A DNA stretch of 63,628 nt, counting the filler, from Rhabdomonas costata (Eukaryota), in assembly GCA_019059605.1 (NCBI GenBank). It is 26 parts of 26 records of this genome, joined end to end, with 100 filler letters (N's around TTAATTAATTAA, not from the genome) between each part and the next. Parts side by side here need not be neighbours in the genome. Positions count along the whole stretch, not along the records: positions 12,266 to 14,617 come from JAHMHO010003868.1; positions 14,718 to 17,069 come from JAHMHO010003869.1; positions 17,170 to 19,521 come from JAHMHO010003870.1; positions 19,622 to 21,970 come from JAHMHO010003871.1; positions 22,071 to 24,422 come from JAHMHO010003872.1; positions 24,523 to 26,873 come from JAHMHO010003873.1; 20 more parts are not named here. One strand, given 5' to 3'. Shown here in pieces: positions 12,387 through 26,416 of the stretch. Made by a program: the position numbers and the translations under genes. Numbering within the stretch: the stretch's first letter is position 1; each line of letters opens with the position of its first letter. The notes beneath the pieces are model-generated. The model made no database searches. It was not told where the DNA came from and was given only the letters and a program-made list of their open reading frames with translations.

Positions 12387-14452
12387 CGTCGAGGGCTGGT
12401 GAATTGTGCAGACCGCTGCCACGCCGAGCTCGCGGCACAGGTTCAGCACAACTAGCATCACCTGTTGCGCTCCCTTGGCATCCTGAAAACAGCCACCACA
12501 CTTATACTATGTCCAGATGCACATGACGGGAACCAGCTGAGCCGATATAAATAAGTTCACGCCCACAGCAGTCTTACGAAGGGGTGCACAGTATGTCGGA
12601 TTCAGATTAGTTTAAAAGATAACTGAAGACGGTCTCCAGCTCCTGGCTGTGAGCCCCCCAAAAGTGAAAGGTGTTGAAAGAAAACGTGACGTTGTAATGA
12701 CCAGCCACCAGCGTCTGTCCACAGACGTCCAACAAGTCGGCCGGGGGTGGGGGCGCACCAGTCCCGTTGTGGGCTCATCCAAGAAGAGAATCGAGGGGTT
12801 CGACATCAGCTCCACTCCTGTTGCGAAGTGAAGCAAGTTAACAGGGTTTTGATGTGGAACCTGCTTAAAATCTCCGTGCCCTTGAAGACGTTGAGCACTC
12901 AAACCCACCGACTGAATCGTGGGCACCCGATAACCTACTCACCTAAACAGGTAGCCCATAATTTTACACCGAACACAGCACAGTCATCTCTGCGCTCACC
13001 CAGGTTCCCAGTTTCTCGAGGTGGTGGCCACTGAGAAATTCCGCAGTGATGCTTCCAGGTATACTCGCGGGGGAGAGGGTCTTGCAAGGTCTGCTACTGC
13101 ATCTCCCTGGAACCCTTTAGCGGGTTTCATACACACCAATGCTGAGGCGCTTGCGCTGCTCCACGGTGATGTCCTTCACGCGCTCGTGGGCGATTGCGCG
13201 GAGCTCCAGCACGGACAGCAGGGTGCGCAGCAGGGCCTTCTTCTCGGCCTTGGGGACGGACTCGGGAAGCCGAAGGTTGCCACTGAACTTCAGTGACTCG
13301 TAGACAGTACACTGTGAACGACGAGCGGGGGCAAAGAGACACAGCGTGGCGGGGAAGACGACGGGAAATGCCACAGCGTAAAAAGGAAACAACAACACCG
13401 TCCCAGTCTGAATAAACGAACACCAGCAATACGGCAGTGGGTGTTAAGACAACAAAGCATCTGGAAGGACCCCCCCCCCAAAAAAAATGATGAAAATAAA
13501 AGAGAAGAAAAAAGGAGGGGAATTCATCGAAGATAAGGGACAGGACAGGGAACTGAAATTTCCGCTCGAAAATGCAGCACATATGACGCGGGAAGTCAGG
13601 GAGCGGGAGCGACAGGGGAAAACTTATTGCGAAAAGTACCCGATCCGGGTCGAAGGGAAACGCACCTTCTGGATGTGCTGGTCCATCTGCTGAACGTAGC
13701 CCGTGTATCGCGCGAAGTCCGTGGTCTTCTTAAGCTGGCCGTTGACGAGGATCTCCCCGTCAATCTTCCCCGCTGTCTTGCGGCCTGAGCACAGGCACCC
13801 GGGAGACGAGCACAGCGGCAGTTCAGCACACGAACAGGCCAATTAACACGACAACTAGGGCATGGCGAAATTGACCTGACCCATCCGCAGTAGCCTGCCA
13901 TTCACTATCCTGTCTGCCTTCTCCTTTGATGCTGGGCCATATCACCAAAACGTGTTGTTCATATCTACTTGTGGTAATTGGAAAGCAGAGAGAAATAGGA
14001 AAAAGAAAGAGGAAAAACCATAAGGCCCTTCGTAGACACATGCCCCAGATTCTTTGTTCAGTGAAGATTTCTTCACATTTATCGCGAAGGAAGCTAGGGA
14101 ACCCGTTCAAAACCTGCTTAAAATTAGGTGTAGTATTTCTCTATCATCATACTTCAAGGGGACACTGAGAAGGGAACTGATCATGGTCACCGTGTCTGCC
14201 CATGCTATTCACTCCTTCCTCATATCTGTAATTGACCCCCCCCTCATCCGCGGCCGGCGGACCTGCCAGGACGTCCAGCAGGGTGGTCTTCCCGGCACCT
14301 GAGGGGCCCATTAGGGCCGTCAGGGTGCCCGGCTTGGCGTACCCGTTGACCTCATGGAGCAGCTCCCGCTCCAGCTTCTGCCCGCAAAGCAGGCGAGCCC
14401 GTGTGATGACGGAGTAAGACAGCTTGCTCCAGCACAGCTCCATCGGCGGGGG
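12387..14452 (-). CDS. ABCG/PDR-type ABC transporter, nucleotide-binding domain, partial, 5 exons
   Basis: Walker [41 protein letters not shown], Walker [20 protein letters not shown]; canonical introns. Confidence 0.93.
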
Positions 14453-14757
14453 CTGTGCGCAGACGAGAGCCCCCCCCTTTTACAAATGTTACAAATTTTC
14501 GCTATCTTCAGTCAATTTTGGATTTGGCAAAATTTCGGAAAGATCGAATCCGGCATTATTGGAGATTCCTGCTTCAAGTGAATCAGCAGCACACCAACTC
14601 CCAGATCCAACCCCAACNNNNNNNNNNNNNNNNNNNNNNNNNNNNNNNNNNNNNNNNNNNNTTAATTAATTAANNNNNNNNNNNNNNNNNNNNNNNNNNN
14701 NNNNNNNNNNNNNNNNNTTGTTGGTGTTCTGCCTTCAGGTGAAGGCCAAAAGTCACG

Positions 14758-17069
14758 GCGTTCGCACTTCATTGCGTACATGGACGCTGCGCCGAGATTG
14801 GTTCTGCAATTTGTATTAATGATTGGCAGCGTTATGGAATTCTTCTCGGTTTCAGTCAGCTTGGTGGATCCGTGCAGTAATATTCCTATGGAAATATTCA
14901 CGCTGATTCTGTTCTCCATTACCACCCTTTGTCTGATAGCCGAGCTTGTGCTGAATTTCTTCACCCCAGTGCACGTCAAGCATTGGGCCATTGTTGAGGA
15001 CCGTAGGCAAAGTCGCCAGCAGTACATGAAGACGTGGTTTGCATGGGACTTGGTGATGTGCCTTCCTCTGGACTTGCTGGCTCTTCCCTGGGTTCCCAGC
15101 CCTGGCCAGATTTGTTTCGAGAATGGCGTTGACACGTTCACTCTGCTGAGTCTGTTTAGGCTGCTGCATATGGTTCGTGTGCCAAGTTACTTTCGCCGCC
15201 GTAACCCCATTCTGGGACATCCCCGTGTCGTGACTGTGTTGCTTTTCTTGACTTTGATCTTTCTGGCCTTACACGTCATTGCGGTGGGATGGATGCTGGT
15301 CTTCTCTTCGGGGGAGAGCACGGAGGCATTTGGGCTCCAGTACTTGAGCGCGCTGAGCTGGTGAGTGCTTTATTTGGTGATGGATACGCATCCGTTTGGC
15401 AGCATCAGTTTCGCTGCATTTTATCCGAGCTCGGTGCTCGTTCACATCCGCCATGGCACCTTATTCCGCCTAGCGAAACTGTGGAGTGGAGCAAAAAAAA
15501 ACGTATACGCCAAATACGCCAAAAAAAAACAATGCAAGCTTACGTCATCGATCTTTTTCCGATAACCATTTGGGTGTAATTCGGTTTGCCTTTGTTTTAA
15601 TTTGGGTTCTTCAGATTGTGACTTGATGACTGACTTGCGTGATATGGTTGTCCCTATGTATCGGTGCTTTATCGGTGGCTGAAGGGGAATCTTTATTGAC
15701 TTCTAATTTTCGTATAGGGCTTTTCAAAGCATTGTCCATGGCGACAATCAGTCGATATCTCGCATTGGTCCTCAAGTCTACTCCTTCGTGGTGCGGTTAT
15801 TGGGGTTCTGCACCACCCTCATTATCGAAGCCAAACTGACTGAGTTCTTGGTCAACCAGAACCCTTTTTATGTGTGGGCACGCCAACGGAGAGGGCAGCT
15901 GGCCTCGGTGATTGTTGAGAACCATGTGCCGTGGGAGCTGCAGAAGAGTGTAATGGCGATGTACCCCGCGATGCTTGAGGTGAGTAAGCGGGAGTTCTAC
16001 AATGTGGTATGCGAGCGTCACCCTCCAATTTTCATCTGTACCCTCGCCCGAGTTAATGCACTGCTGCGGTTTGAGACCGATCTGTGTGCATCGGGTTTCA
16101 GGTTCTTCTTTTCGTATGGGTGGAATTGTGGCGGGGCTGCAGCCCGTGCAGTGCTGTTTGCGCAGCCCCCTCATCGGAGTCATTTACTAGCAATTTGACA
16201 ACAATTTTCCCCCTCGGTTTTCAGCACTCACACCTATGACTTAAATGAGGTATATGTCTGATATGTGCTGGACATTTTTTTCTGCGGCAGCACCGGAAGG
16301 TGGCGGGAGCAAAAACCTGCACGAGGTTACATATCCTGTCCAAGTCCCCGGAAACGACAGTCTCGTCCTGTGTGCCACGTGCGCGTGTTCAGCTACTTTT
16401 TCCATTGATTTGCAGTTGCATTTGTGTGAATGTTGGTTAGCGTGAGAAGCTTTTCCAGTTCGCTTCGGGGTTCCTGCCGTGTGATATGGAGTTTTGATTG
16501 GAATTGTGGTTTGTGTTGCAGTTCTTAGCAAGGCATAGTCCATCTTTCTCTCTGGATCAACTATATAAACCTGATTCCTTTCGACCACTGCCTGTACCCC
16601 AGAGATGTACCGCTTCCCCACCCACATATTTTTCCTGCAGGCGGCGCCTGTAACCGGGTGGGGGTTCAGTTCCTGGTTTCCTGGGTGTGGGGTCGTGACG
16701 GCACCGGCAGAACCCCTCTTGCTGCACAAACCTATTAGCAGCATTTCCATACCAATGACCTCATGACAATCCTCCTTTCCTCGCTCATGCTCTCTCATGC
16801 TCACCCCCGTCAACCCATTGAGGCGTTTCCAACCAAAATCTTAATTTCTTCACCTTCCATTGGTTCGCCGATTCGCATGCGGCCTACATCGCACCCTTTG
16901 TTAAGCAGATATGTCCACCTTATGTTATTGCACTCTCGATTCCTTTGCTATCCAGGTGGAGGAGCTGCCGGCGTTCCTCTCCGCGAAAATCAAGGAGTGC
17001 ATCAAGCTGCAGATGGTGCGCAGTGTGCCGCTGTTTGCGGGGGCCAGCCCGGGCTGGCCCCCAAAAACA
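14758..17069 (+). CDS. Cyclic-nucleotide-gated/EAG-like cation channel, partial; exons 14758-15361, 15718-16006, 16956-end
   Basis: TM segments with YMKTWFAWDLVMCLPLDL, S4-like LFRLLHMVR, C-linker VPWELQKSVMAMY..VEELPAFL..VRSVPLF. Confidence 0.85.
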
Positions 17070-17202
17070 NNNNNNNNNNNNNNNNNNNNNNNNNNNNNNN
17101 NNNNNNNNNNNNNTTAATTAATTAANNNNNNNNNNNNNNNNNNNNNNNNNNNNNNNNNNNNNNNNNNNNTGAGCAGCTGGAGTTTAAGTGCTGATGCTTA
17201 AG

Positions 17203-19447
17203 TCATGACTGCTGTGTGAGTTCGCGTGCAGACGCCTCACTGAAGGAGGATGAGGAGGTCGCAGGCTCAGAGGGGTTAACGCCGTGCTCGAGCATCACCT
17301 CCTGGAAAATACGCATCAGCTCCTCCCCATCTTCGGGACTCTGCCGTGAGACGGACAACAAATTTTCAAAAAAAAAAGCCAAACAGGTGCTTCTGCCCTC
17401 CTCTCTCCCCTGTCCGTCATATCATGAACTCTGTCCAAAAACCCATCCCGTAGCATCGTTCACTTCCTCTTCAATCTTTGTCCGTATTCTTTTCTTCGTT
17501 CTAGCCGTCGCTCCCTCATCCTCCTCTCTGTCTTTTTTCTGTCCTTTACCCTCCCTCTTTTTTTTCCTTTTTCTCTTTTCCATTTTTTCCCGCACGCTTT
17601 CCCTCTCCTTCTCCCTCGTTCATTCCTCTCCTGTTCAGGTTCTTTCCCTCTCCTTTCCCTGTCCAACTCCTTCACACCCCTCTTCTCATGCCTAACTCAC
17701 ACAGCGACTCTTGTGTTCTTTACTGTAGAAAGACACCACTGTCCCCAAGTCAAAGAAGAAAAACTTATTGCGTTACCTTTTTTACGGACCCTGAACACAC
17801 GCTTTAACAAAAGGTCAGTGTAAAAACACCCAGGTTAGAAGTAAAAAATAAAGCGAAAGATGATGAAATCGGCTAAAATAACCCGTGAAAAGGACAAGTA
17901 AGGGCAATGGCGCGGCGAAGAGATGTCCCACAACTAAAACGAGTACTTGATGGAAAGCTAATTTTCTGGCGAGCTAATCCATGCCACGTCGCCGGGCTCC
18001 TTCCATGTGTGGGGAGCTCCTTCTCGCAGAAATATGGGGCAAAATATGAAAGTTAACCACTTCCGCCCCCTGTCCCGCCAAATTTCATTCCGTTTAGGGG
18101 GTTATACTGGGCCTAAAATGGCTATTAGCTATGTAAAAACACGTTTTTCCGCGCTCCCGAGATGCAAAATTTAAAGTTGCTGAGGAAGGGAGGAGGGAAG
18201 GGAGGCGGAGAGCGTGCCTCGCTCTGAAGCGCCCGCAGCTTCTCTGCAAACTCGTCGGCGTGCTCGCTGGCGACAATGCATGGGAAAATCAGCTTCGCCA
18301 GTCGAACCTGAATTGGCAGTGGAGACGGACGGGGCTGCATTATGCGTCACGCAAAAACGATTGAAAGCAAAATCCGCGGCGGAGTTCTGGGGTGAAACTG
18401 TGGGTGGGTATGCATACCCTAGCAGAGGTTCACTGAAATCGCACAGCACTGCACGCCACCAGCACCAGCACCAAATCAAGCTCGGAAATGAGCGGCATCC
18501 CATCATTCCCCTCCCCAACCACAAAAAAAATACACCAAATCAGTCCACCACACCGCCGCTCTCTCTGCAGGTGTACGGTACAAAACTTGGATGCGGTGTC
18601 ATGAGCCCAGCCCCAGGTAAGAAGTGTGAGGTGGCCCTCCCATACGCATGGTTCTGAGGTCAGGCCCTGAGCGACCGCGACCAAGGTGTCGTTGAGGTCC
18701 TCGGGCAGCCGACACCGCTTCTTCCAGTGCTCGAGATAGAACTTCTGAGAGCCCGCCACCAGAAAAAGCAAACAGATTAGCGGCCGCGTCTGCACCGTTG
18801 CATGTAGGCTCTCATGGTGATTGCGCACTGATGATTACAACACACCAACCCAACTACCCACGCATACCTGAAGACCGTCTGTGAGAAGCCTCAGGTTGGC
18901 CTGGCGATGCACCCAGTTCCCTGAACCACGCTTCAGGCGGGGCAGCTCGATCATCCCTGTGATGCTGTGAAACACCTGAAATGGAAACAAATCAAAGATG
19001 GGGTCGCCAGCAAAAACCCTGCTCAGGGGTGCTATGGAAGTTGGGAGTTGGTAACGGTTACCAGTGGTGCCAATTTTTACTATGGGAGCACATTGTTGTT
19101 AAAGTTGTTAAAGGGCCCCCAGGTCACGTCCCCGCCCCAGCCACCCGCTCCGGCTTCGGCCGCGCGACGCGGACTGGCCTAAACTAATGCTTTCCTACTC
19201 GTCCAGACATATCCCAGACATTGGTGAGTCCCCTCCCATTGGGCCTGCTCAAGGAAGAAGCCCGGAATAGGAGGAAACGGACACATGAGCGCCCCCGACT
19301 TTCAAGCACGCCCGAGACTCCCCGCCTACTTTCAAAATGATGAATAATAATTGTTTTTCGCGTGAACCTTTGGCATCCCGTTTCTGCGGGTGTCCTGCTG
19401 TTTCATCAAAAACTGCACTGATCTGACGGGCATGCTTGATGGACATC
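17203..19447 (-). CDS. Unknown multi-exon protein, C-terminal part
   Basis: GC3-rich exons at ~19447-19368, ~18956-18868, ~18746-18646, 18564-18554, 18266-18218 and 17340-17203 join in phase and end at TGA. Confidence 0.55.
19054..19165 (+). mobile_element. Partial copy of the MITE family seen at 56134-56267 (intronic)
   Basis: ACGGTTACCAGTGG start and internal GGTCACGT.CCCGCCCCAGCC..CCGCTCCGG are shared with the 56 kb copy. Confidence 0.6.
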
Positions 19448-19816
19448 CTTCAGCAAGCCAGAATCAACAGAGTTAAGGACAAGATGCCATTGGGGAACAG
19501 TTGCTGATACCACACAAAACCNNNNNNNNNNNNNNNNNNNNNNNNNNNNNNNNNNNNNNNNNNNNTTAATTAATTAANNNNNNNNNNNNNNNNNNNNNNN
19601 NNNNNNNNNNNNNNNNNNNNNTTGTGTGTGTGGCATAAATGCACTAACGCCGGTTTACGGTATAAAGGCGCTCCAGAAGCATCTAACTGTCGCAGATCAC
19701 CGTTCTAAATGGATGACAGTGCGCCGCTTGATCATTATGCGTGATCAACACCACCTTTCAATTCCATTGCGATTCTCGATCTGCACGTTGTGATACCCAT
19801 TACTCTGGTGCCGCAG

Positions 19817-20123
19817 CCTGGTGGGTGCCCTTGTGGACTACTTCGTGCTCTCCCGTGCCTCCCACTTTGTGCTGACGAAGTCTGGGTTCAGCCTGGCCGC
19901 GGCGTGGCGGGCAGGCAGGCCTTACATCCTGAACCCTTTCCCCATCAAGCTGGGCGTGGTGAAGGGGGTGGGGCTGTTCAAGAGGTGCCGCAGCCCTGCC
20001 CCCTGGTGTGGACCAGAGTACCCCAGGAAGTTTCCGCGGCAGTTCCACTTCGGGGCCCCTCGCACGGTGTGCGTATTGCCCCGCTTTGGAACGCCAAGCG
20101 TTCCCGTGCCGTGGTATGGGTAG
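19817..20123 (+). CDS. Fucosyltransferase-like (GT-B, alpha-1,2/1,6-type) protein, last exon
   Basis: ALVDYFVLSRASHFVLTKSGFSLAAAW resembles fucosyltransferase motif III (DxxLLSxxxxxIxTxSxFS). Confidence 0.65.
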
Positions 20124-23100
20124 GGCTTGGGCGGATATGGGCGCTCCTCCCCTCGCGCTGCGGACTGCTTTCTCTGGCTGAAGGCTGTGGCAGGCAGCTG
20201 GACGCGGTTTTGGTGATCCCCATTGTGCCCACCCCAGCTGCCTCTGGTGGACAGAGGACCTCCAACCAGCGGTGTTTGCCTGCAGCAGCGGCCAGCGCGT
20301 TGCTGAATATCTCTGGGCCTTCAAAGTGGGACTGCAGGCCGGTGTGCCGTGGTCTTGGGATGCTCCAAAGCAACCGGTGAGGAACTGCTGGGAAAGATGA
20401 ACGAGTCGTACTTATGGTTGGACTTTGAGCTTGGGTCTGGTGGCAGGGTGGGCGTTGGCAGCAAATGCCGATTCACCGTTCATCCGCCTTTGCCATTGTG
20501 ACTTGTGGGGGTTAATTGGGTTGGTTCTGGGTGCTGAACTTCTCGCGCTGAGAAACATTTTACTCGGACGCGTCGAATATTAATTGGGATGTGTCTCACG
20601 ACCATCGGGTGGTGTGCAGTCGAACGCGAGCAGCCGCAGGTGATGGCTGCAAAGGTGCGGGGGCAGTTCCTGTTTTCTTTTTTCTGTTCCAACGCTGATT
20701 TGTCACACACAGTTGTCACTCTTCTGACCTTTCCACTCTTGTACCCCGGCAAAGTAGAGCAACTTTCACGGGGATTGGGATCATTCCTCGCATTAAACAA
20801 AGTGAACTATTCTATTATGGGCGCTTGTCTTCGCCCCGAGGTTGGTCTGGTGAGTTGTTGGATTTTAGAAACTCATCCCAGAGGTTGGAAATCCAGTGAG
20901 ATCCTTCGAGGCGCAGCTTATCAAGGGCAAGCTTTCCGATTCCATTGCCCGGGCGCAATATTCCGTCAGTGCTTAAAATGGCGCTGTTTTTTTGTGTCCC
21001 CCTCCCCCCGTCTGTGTGTACCAAACACACAATCTGTGCACAGCGGCCGTGTTTTTAGTTCTTTGTGGTTCTTACTTCCAGTTCGTGCCCCCCGCCTATA
21101 TTTTCGATCGCCTTCGCGCGCGAAGCCTCTCCCTTCCTCTTTGAGCGAGTTGCCAGCCTTTGCGGCGCTTCGTTCGCGTGTGTCTGCCCAAGCAGCAAGA
21201 GGATTAGAGGTCGCTTCCCCTCGTGGAACGTTACACGAATGGCATCGTATGATGTTGTAGTTACTGCAACCCTAAGGAGCTCCGCGGTCTATCGGATTTG
21301 ACGCAGTCCGCCCACCCCTTTCATCCAATCTTGCGACTACTGGAGTTATATCGGCTTCATATTTTGGCCCTGGACCTTTGTTGGAAAGGAAAGGATCGAA
21401 AGAACCCGATTAAATCCGCTCAACCCCCCTCCCCGGCTTCTGTGGCAGCAACGTTTAAAATGCTTCAGTTTCCGAAGATTCTGGTATTTTGGCACCGGTC
21501 TGCATAGCTTTGCAGGCTGATTCAGAGTTTCACAAAAATTTCCTGAATGGGAGTACAGCACCAAGTGGATGGTTTAGTTTTTTTCTCGAGCGACCACGTT
21601 TGCCTCACCTGTCCCTCCCGAGGGAAACTGACGAGAAAGTGTGGTGGGAGGATACACAAAATGGGGCAGTGGGTGTCGACCGCAAACCCAGGGTCCCGAG
21701 CTGACGCCGATGCTCTGTCCGCGTGGGCAGAGAGGGAGCGGGAGCGAGGCAATCTCTCAGCCGCCCTCAGCGGAGTTCGGAAGGTAACATGTGGAAATGC
21801 ACACACTGGGGTGGGAGTTGGGAGTTTTGGTAAGCCATTGACAATTGGAGCTTCGTGAATGAAGTGAAAGGAGTGCAGGCGAGATGTACAAGGGAATCCT
21901 CCGCGGATCTCTGTCAAAGAATCGCGTGGACGATGCAGAGTGTTGATTGTTCAAAACAACCACACCACCCNNNNNNNNNNNNNNNNNNNNNNNNNNNNNN
22001 NNNNNNNNNNNNNNTTAATTAATTAANNNNNNNNNNNNNNNNNNNNNNNNNNNNNNNNNNNNNNNNNNNNGTGGTGTATGGCGTTGCGTCGACCAAAGAT
22101 CCAACAACAAACCGCACCACACATTTCAGAAACAAAGCAGAACAAAGTGGTGGAACAAAAAAGAGCAGAAAGGAAAACAGAAGGACAAGAAAAATCCAAA
22201 CATACACACCTTGAACACCAAAGGGCAGAGCTTTGGAAAACGGGATGTGCCCCACCCCTAAGACCCAGAGAACATGAGATCAAAACTTTCTTTGAGACTT
22301 GGGGTTCGGAGTTTGGGGTTCTTCAAAATGCGCACTTTTGGAAGAGACATGCATTTCTTTCAATTGTTTTGTTCCTTCAGACCACCCGCACTATAGAAGC
22401 GCTGCCGGGTGGGCGGTCGGGGAAGACCTGGTGGCGGTGCCTCCGTCTCCGCGCCAGATGCGGAGGATCCGGGGCGCCCGATGGGAGAATGCCTGAACTT
22501 CCGAGTGGGTCGCTGGCCGCTATCTTTGCCCATGAGAGTAAGCGACGCAAAGAACAGCAGGAATGAAAATCCTGAGCCATGCGGAGATGCAAATGCGAGC
22601 CAGCAAAAGATATAAAACATAAGGGGTATTTACTGCTCGTTACATCTGTTACATCTGACTATTGTGACCATTCCGCAGGAACGGGTGCAGCCATTTCCAT
22701 CGGCAACACTCTTTGACCATATCAGGAGAACACATGAGGTCAGATACACTCAGGGAAAGTCCAACACTCACATCTTCACAGGGGACAGCGTGGGAAAGTC
22801 GGAAAGGAATGCCGGGCTCCGGCAAGCAAATGAAAACTATGGTGGGGACTTCCTTACAGAGAGTAAGGGCAAGGTTCACAAAAGCAAGGTTTTCTCCGAA
22901 AGCCAGGAAAGTTGTCACATCACTTGCAAATCAATGTACTCTGAGGGCACCAGCTGTAAACGTAGGCAAGAGCTTCTCTTGTGTTTGTGTGAATGAAAGG
23001 GAAATGCGCGTTTCTGGCAAACTCTTCTTCATGGATTTGCACGGGGAGAAGGAAAGGGAGGGAGCATGATTACATACGACGTCCCTGTGTGGGCTCTTCC

Positions 23101-25205
23101 ACGTCCAGACGGGGGTCTTGCAAAAAACTGAACGTGGTAGGAATTTCGACGAAAAAAGTTGATCTTCCCAAGGTTTTTCTGTAAATATGTTATGTGCCTA
23201 CTGGAAATCATCATTCTCTGTGCGCCGATATGAGGGTTCTATGCGACTTGTGGCGTAAAACGCTGAATAAAAAGTAAGTAACTTTGACTAAATACGTGCA
23301 TTCCTAATGCTAGCATTATAAGTGTTATTTGGTTGATGTGTCGCAGCACAGGTGAGGCATGTTCAATGACAGAGTGGCTCAACATATTCTCCAGTCAAGC
23401 AGTCCAACATAACGCGCAAGACAAGTTAATATCCGGTTTCGCCGGTCACGAAACGGGATGTGATACTTCCAGTATGCTGGCAGCCAGTCCAACCCCCCCC
23501 CTCCCATCCCGTTGCGGGTGAAGAAGAAGGCAACTCAAATCCACAATGGAAATGGGCTGGAAAAATGGTTACAGAATGACAGAACAGTTCGCAACAATCA
23601 CACACAGAGACAGATTTTTGACAAAAATACATCTCTCAGCAAAATTCACAGGAGAGGAAAGCTCCAAGGCGCCATCAAATGCCGAATTCCTAAGCGAAAA
23701 GCAGTGATGCCCTTAGCTGGGAAGCCCAGAGATCCACTCTGCCAGCTTCAGCAAGGGCATAGTCTCGGGAGGAGGCCTGACGAACAACTTGCACCGAGAG
23801 AGCCCTGCCGTACAGTGTGTGCGAGGGAAATCCAAGCAGTCGGGTATTGTGACACCAATAGAGAAGCAGATTTGTTCGACCGGCCGACCACTCAGCCACT
23901 TCCCACCTCTCAGCAAGGAAAATTGCATTAGTGGCATTAGTGAAACAGAACGAATGCACAGTGATAAAAAACTGTTGCCGGTGACCAAGAGACATTTTTG
24001 TTTCATTTCTTTTCATTCGGAGTGTTGGACAATTTGACGTTGTCAAACGATTAAACATTGCTGGCCAGCGGTGAGCGGTAAGGGGCGGCTGTGGCGGAGA
24101 CGTTTACTGGGCATTTGTCATGGACCGCGGGATTATCCAGATTCCGGTACCCTCGCTTCAAGAAAAACTGAGCAGTCTAAAGTTATCATAGACCTTAGCA
24201 GAAGTCAAAAACATCAACCGAAGGCATCTGGGCTGTTCATCATGAAAGGCAATGGGTTTTGCTTGGTAATCGAATGAATAGAGAAATTTATGGGGAAACA
24301 CAGGACAACCTAATTAGCAACATTTCGGTCTCTTGCACTCCAAACAATTTGATGCAAGGCTGTGGAAGGCGCATCGGCGCTCACCAAAATCACAAACCTC
24401 TGGCGGTGCACGGCCATAAGGGNNNNNNNNNNNNNNNNNNNNNNNNNNNNNNNNNNNNNNNNNNNNTTAATTAATTAANNNNNNNNNNNNNNNNNNNNNN
24501 NNNNNNNNNNNNNNNNNNNNNNTGTGGGGTGGTGGGGCATAAACACTTGATAGGGATCCATAAATGCACTTAAATATTAATTTTATGACTTTCATGACAG
24601 TTCTGACTTTTTCACGACCATAACTCCGGAGCAGCGAAGCATTCAAGACCAATAATTATATAGAGGGCGGCACAAAAAGCGATTAGCAGAGTTCAAATAT
24701 GAGGAAATAGGTACCCTGGTGGGGAAATACAGGAATGTAATCGTGAAACCACGGCAAAAGGCAGAAGTTGTCGGCTTTTTCGGCCGTGAGCAATCCGCAA
24801 CATCCGATTCTTCATGGGACCCCCCCCTTTTTTTTCTGGAAAGTTCTTTCTGCTTTAAGATCGAAAGCCCTTGGTTTGTTCCCGCTACTGTTTGATCTGC
24901 TGCTCTTGGGGTTTCCGTTATGGTCGCCTAAGTTTTGCAGTGGTTGCGGTAGGTAGCCTTTTGGTTACGGACCCGAGAACTCTATCTTTTGAGAGACGGT
25001 GCGGGGCAGACACTGGCCGCAGCCGGGTGGATATTTATGGTTTTCTCAGCTCATGAACAGCGTGGAAAGCCCACCATCTTGTACGCCACCTGGAGCTTGA
25101 GAGCAAACCATTGTGCGACACTAAACAATAAGCACCAAACGGAGGACGTGTTGAAGGTGCATCCCACACACACACGAACTATTTTGCCCCCCTCCAAATC
25201 GTCAG

Positions 25206-25327
25206 GTCTTCCCGTCTCGGGGCGGCTGCGGTTCATCCACCGGCAGATGCAGGACATCAAGGATGGCTTTGACGTGCTGATGGGGGTGCTGTTCATTCGC
25301 GGACTGTCGTACGTCCCAAAGCCCTGA
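25206..25327 (+). CDS. Terminal exon of an unknown protein
   Basis: CAG acceptor, GC3-rich LPVSGRLRFIHRQMQDIKDGFDVLMGVLFIRGLSYVPKP-stop. Confidence 0.5.
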
Positions 25328-26416
25328 TGGAGCTGGCACGTCTCTCTCTCTCTGGTTATGTGTGTGCAGTGAAGGCGATGGTGTACTTTGCTTGAGTAGG
25401 ATACTGGAGTTCTGATTGTGCTGGTGAAAGCGGACGCTGTTCTGGTATAAGTGCATTTTAGGGAAGTGCCCGCAGCTGCCGACTTGCTACTGGCCCCCGA
25501 ATTGTAGCTGGCCCCGGTCCTGTGAGGAAGCTGCACGTAACCCCAAAACCCCAGGTCCACCACATCAGGACGCCCCTGATCCCGGGTAGGTGGCGGCAAG
25601 GACGCGAAGCACTGCATGAACAGTGTGATTTTGAAGGACAACGGGCGGAGAGCCGTTTGCCTGGCCCCCTTTCGCTGCATAGCTGGTATCGAGGCACGCA
25701 AGTGTTGTGCACATACGTTGTGGGTGCCGTCGATAAACCCTCCGCTGCGCTGGGGAAAGAACCGGCAGACGATAGAAAAGGGAACAGTCGCCAAGGGGCA
25801 CGGGTGGGTCCCGTCCTGAGGGTGCAAGGACCGGCCACGCAGCGTTTTTGACAAGACTCCACCAGCCCGACTTCCCCGGTCTCCCCTCCAAGCTCGGGAT
25901 TCTGAGCGCCCACATCTTCCGCCAGCTCCTCCACACACATACACCTAACCACCCTGCGCCTGACTGTAGAAACATCAGTGCGTCTTTATTTCTTTCCATC
26001 GAGCTCTCTCATAGTGTGGAACAGGAAAGATTCAGATGAGACCTGCTCTTCTTTTGCATAGGGACATATTGCGCTGTTATTTACCTTGTGAAAGACTTCA
26101 CGTTGACATGGCTCCAGCCTGTGCAGATTCACCTTGGTCCACTTCAACGATGCCAGAGGGCGATATTGAAATTTAAATATTTGTCGTGGGTATATTGTCA
26201 GCATTATTTTCAAGCGAAAGCATCGGCGGAAGGTTTCCTCACTCCGTGCAACGGTTGCTTGATGCTCCGCCATGCTCGCCTGCTCTGGCGTATCCCCTGA
26301 TAATTACCTATTAGTCAGTAATCCGTGGAAGAAAACGAATGCCAGCGAGAAGTTCTTGTGGTTGGTCTCTTTTTTTTTCTTTTTTTTTAGCTCTTTCCGT
26401 TCTGCATCCGTTTCCA

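Noticed and set aside
25051-25944. 297-aa minus-strand ORF and many similar 100-200 aa ORFs in the track
   Set aside because: No domain motifs or codon bias; they overlap opposite-strand exons or UTR/intron sequence.
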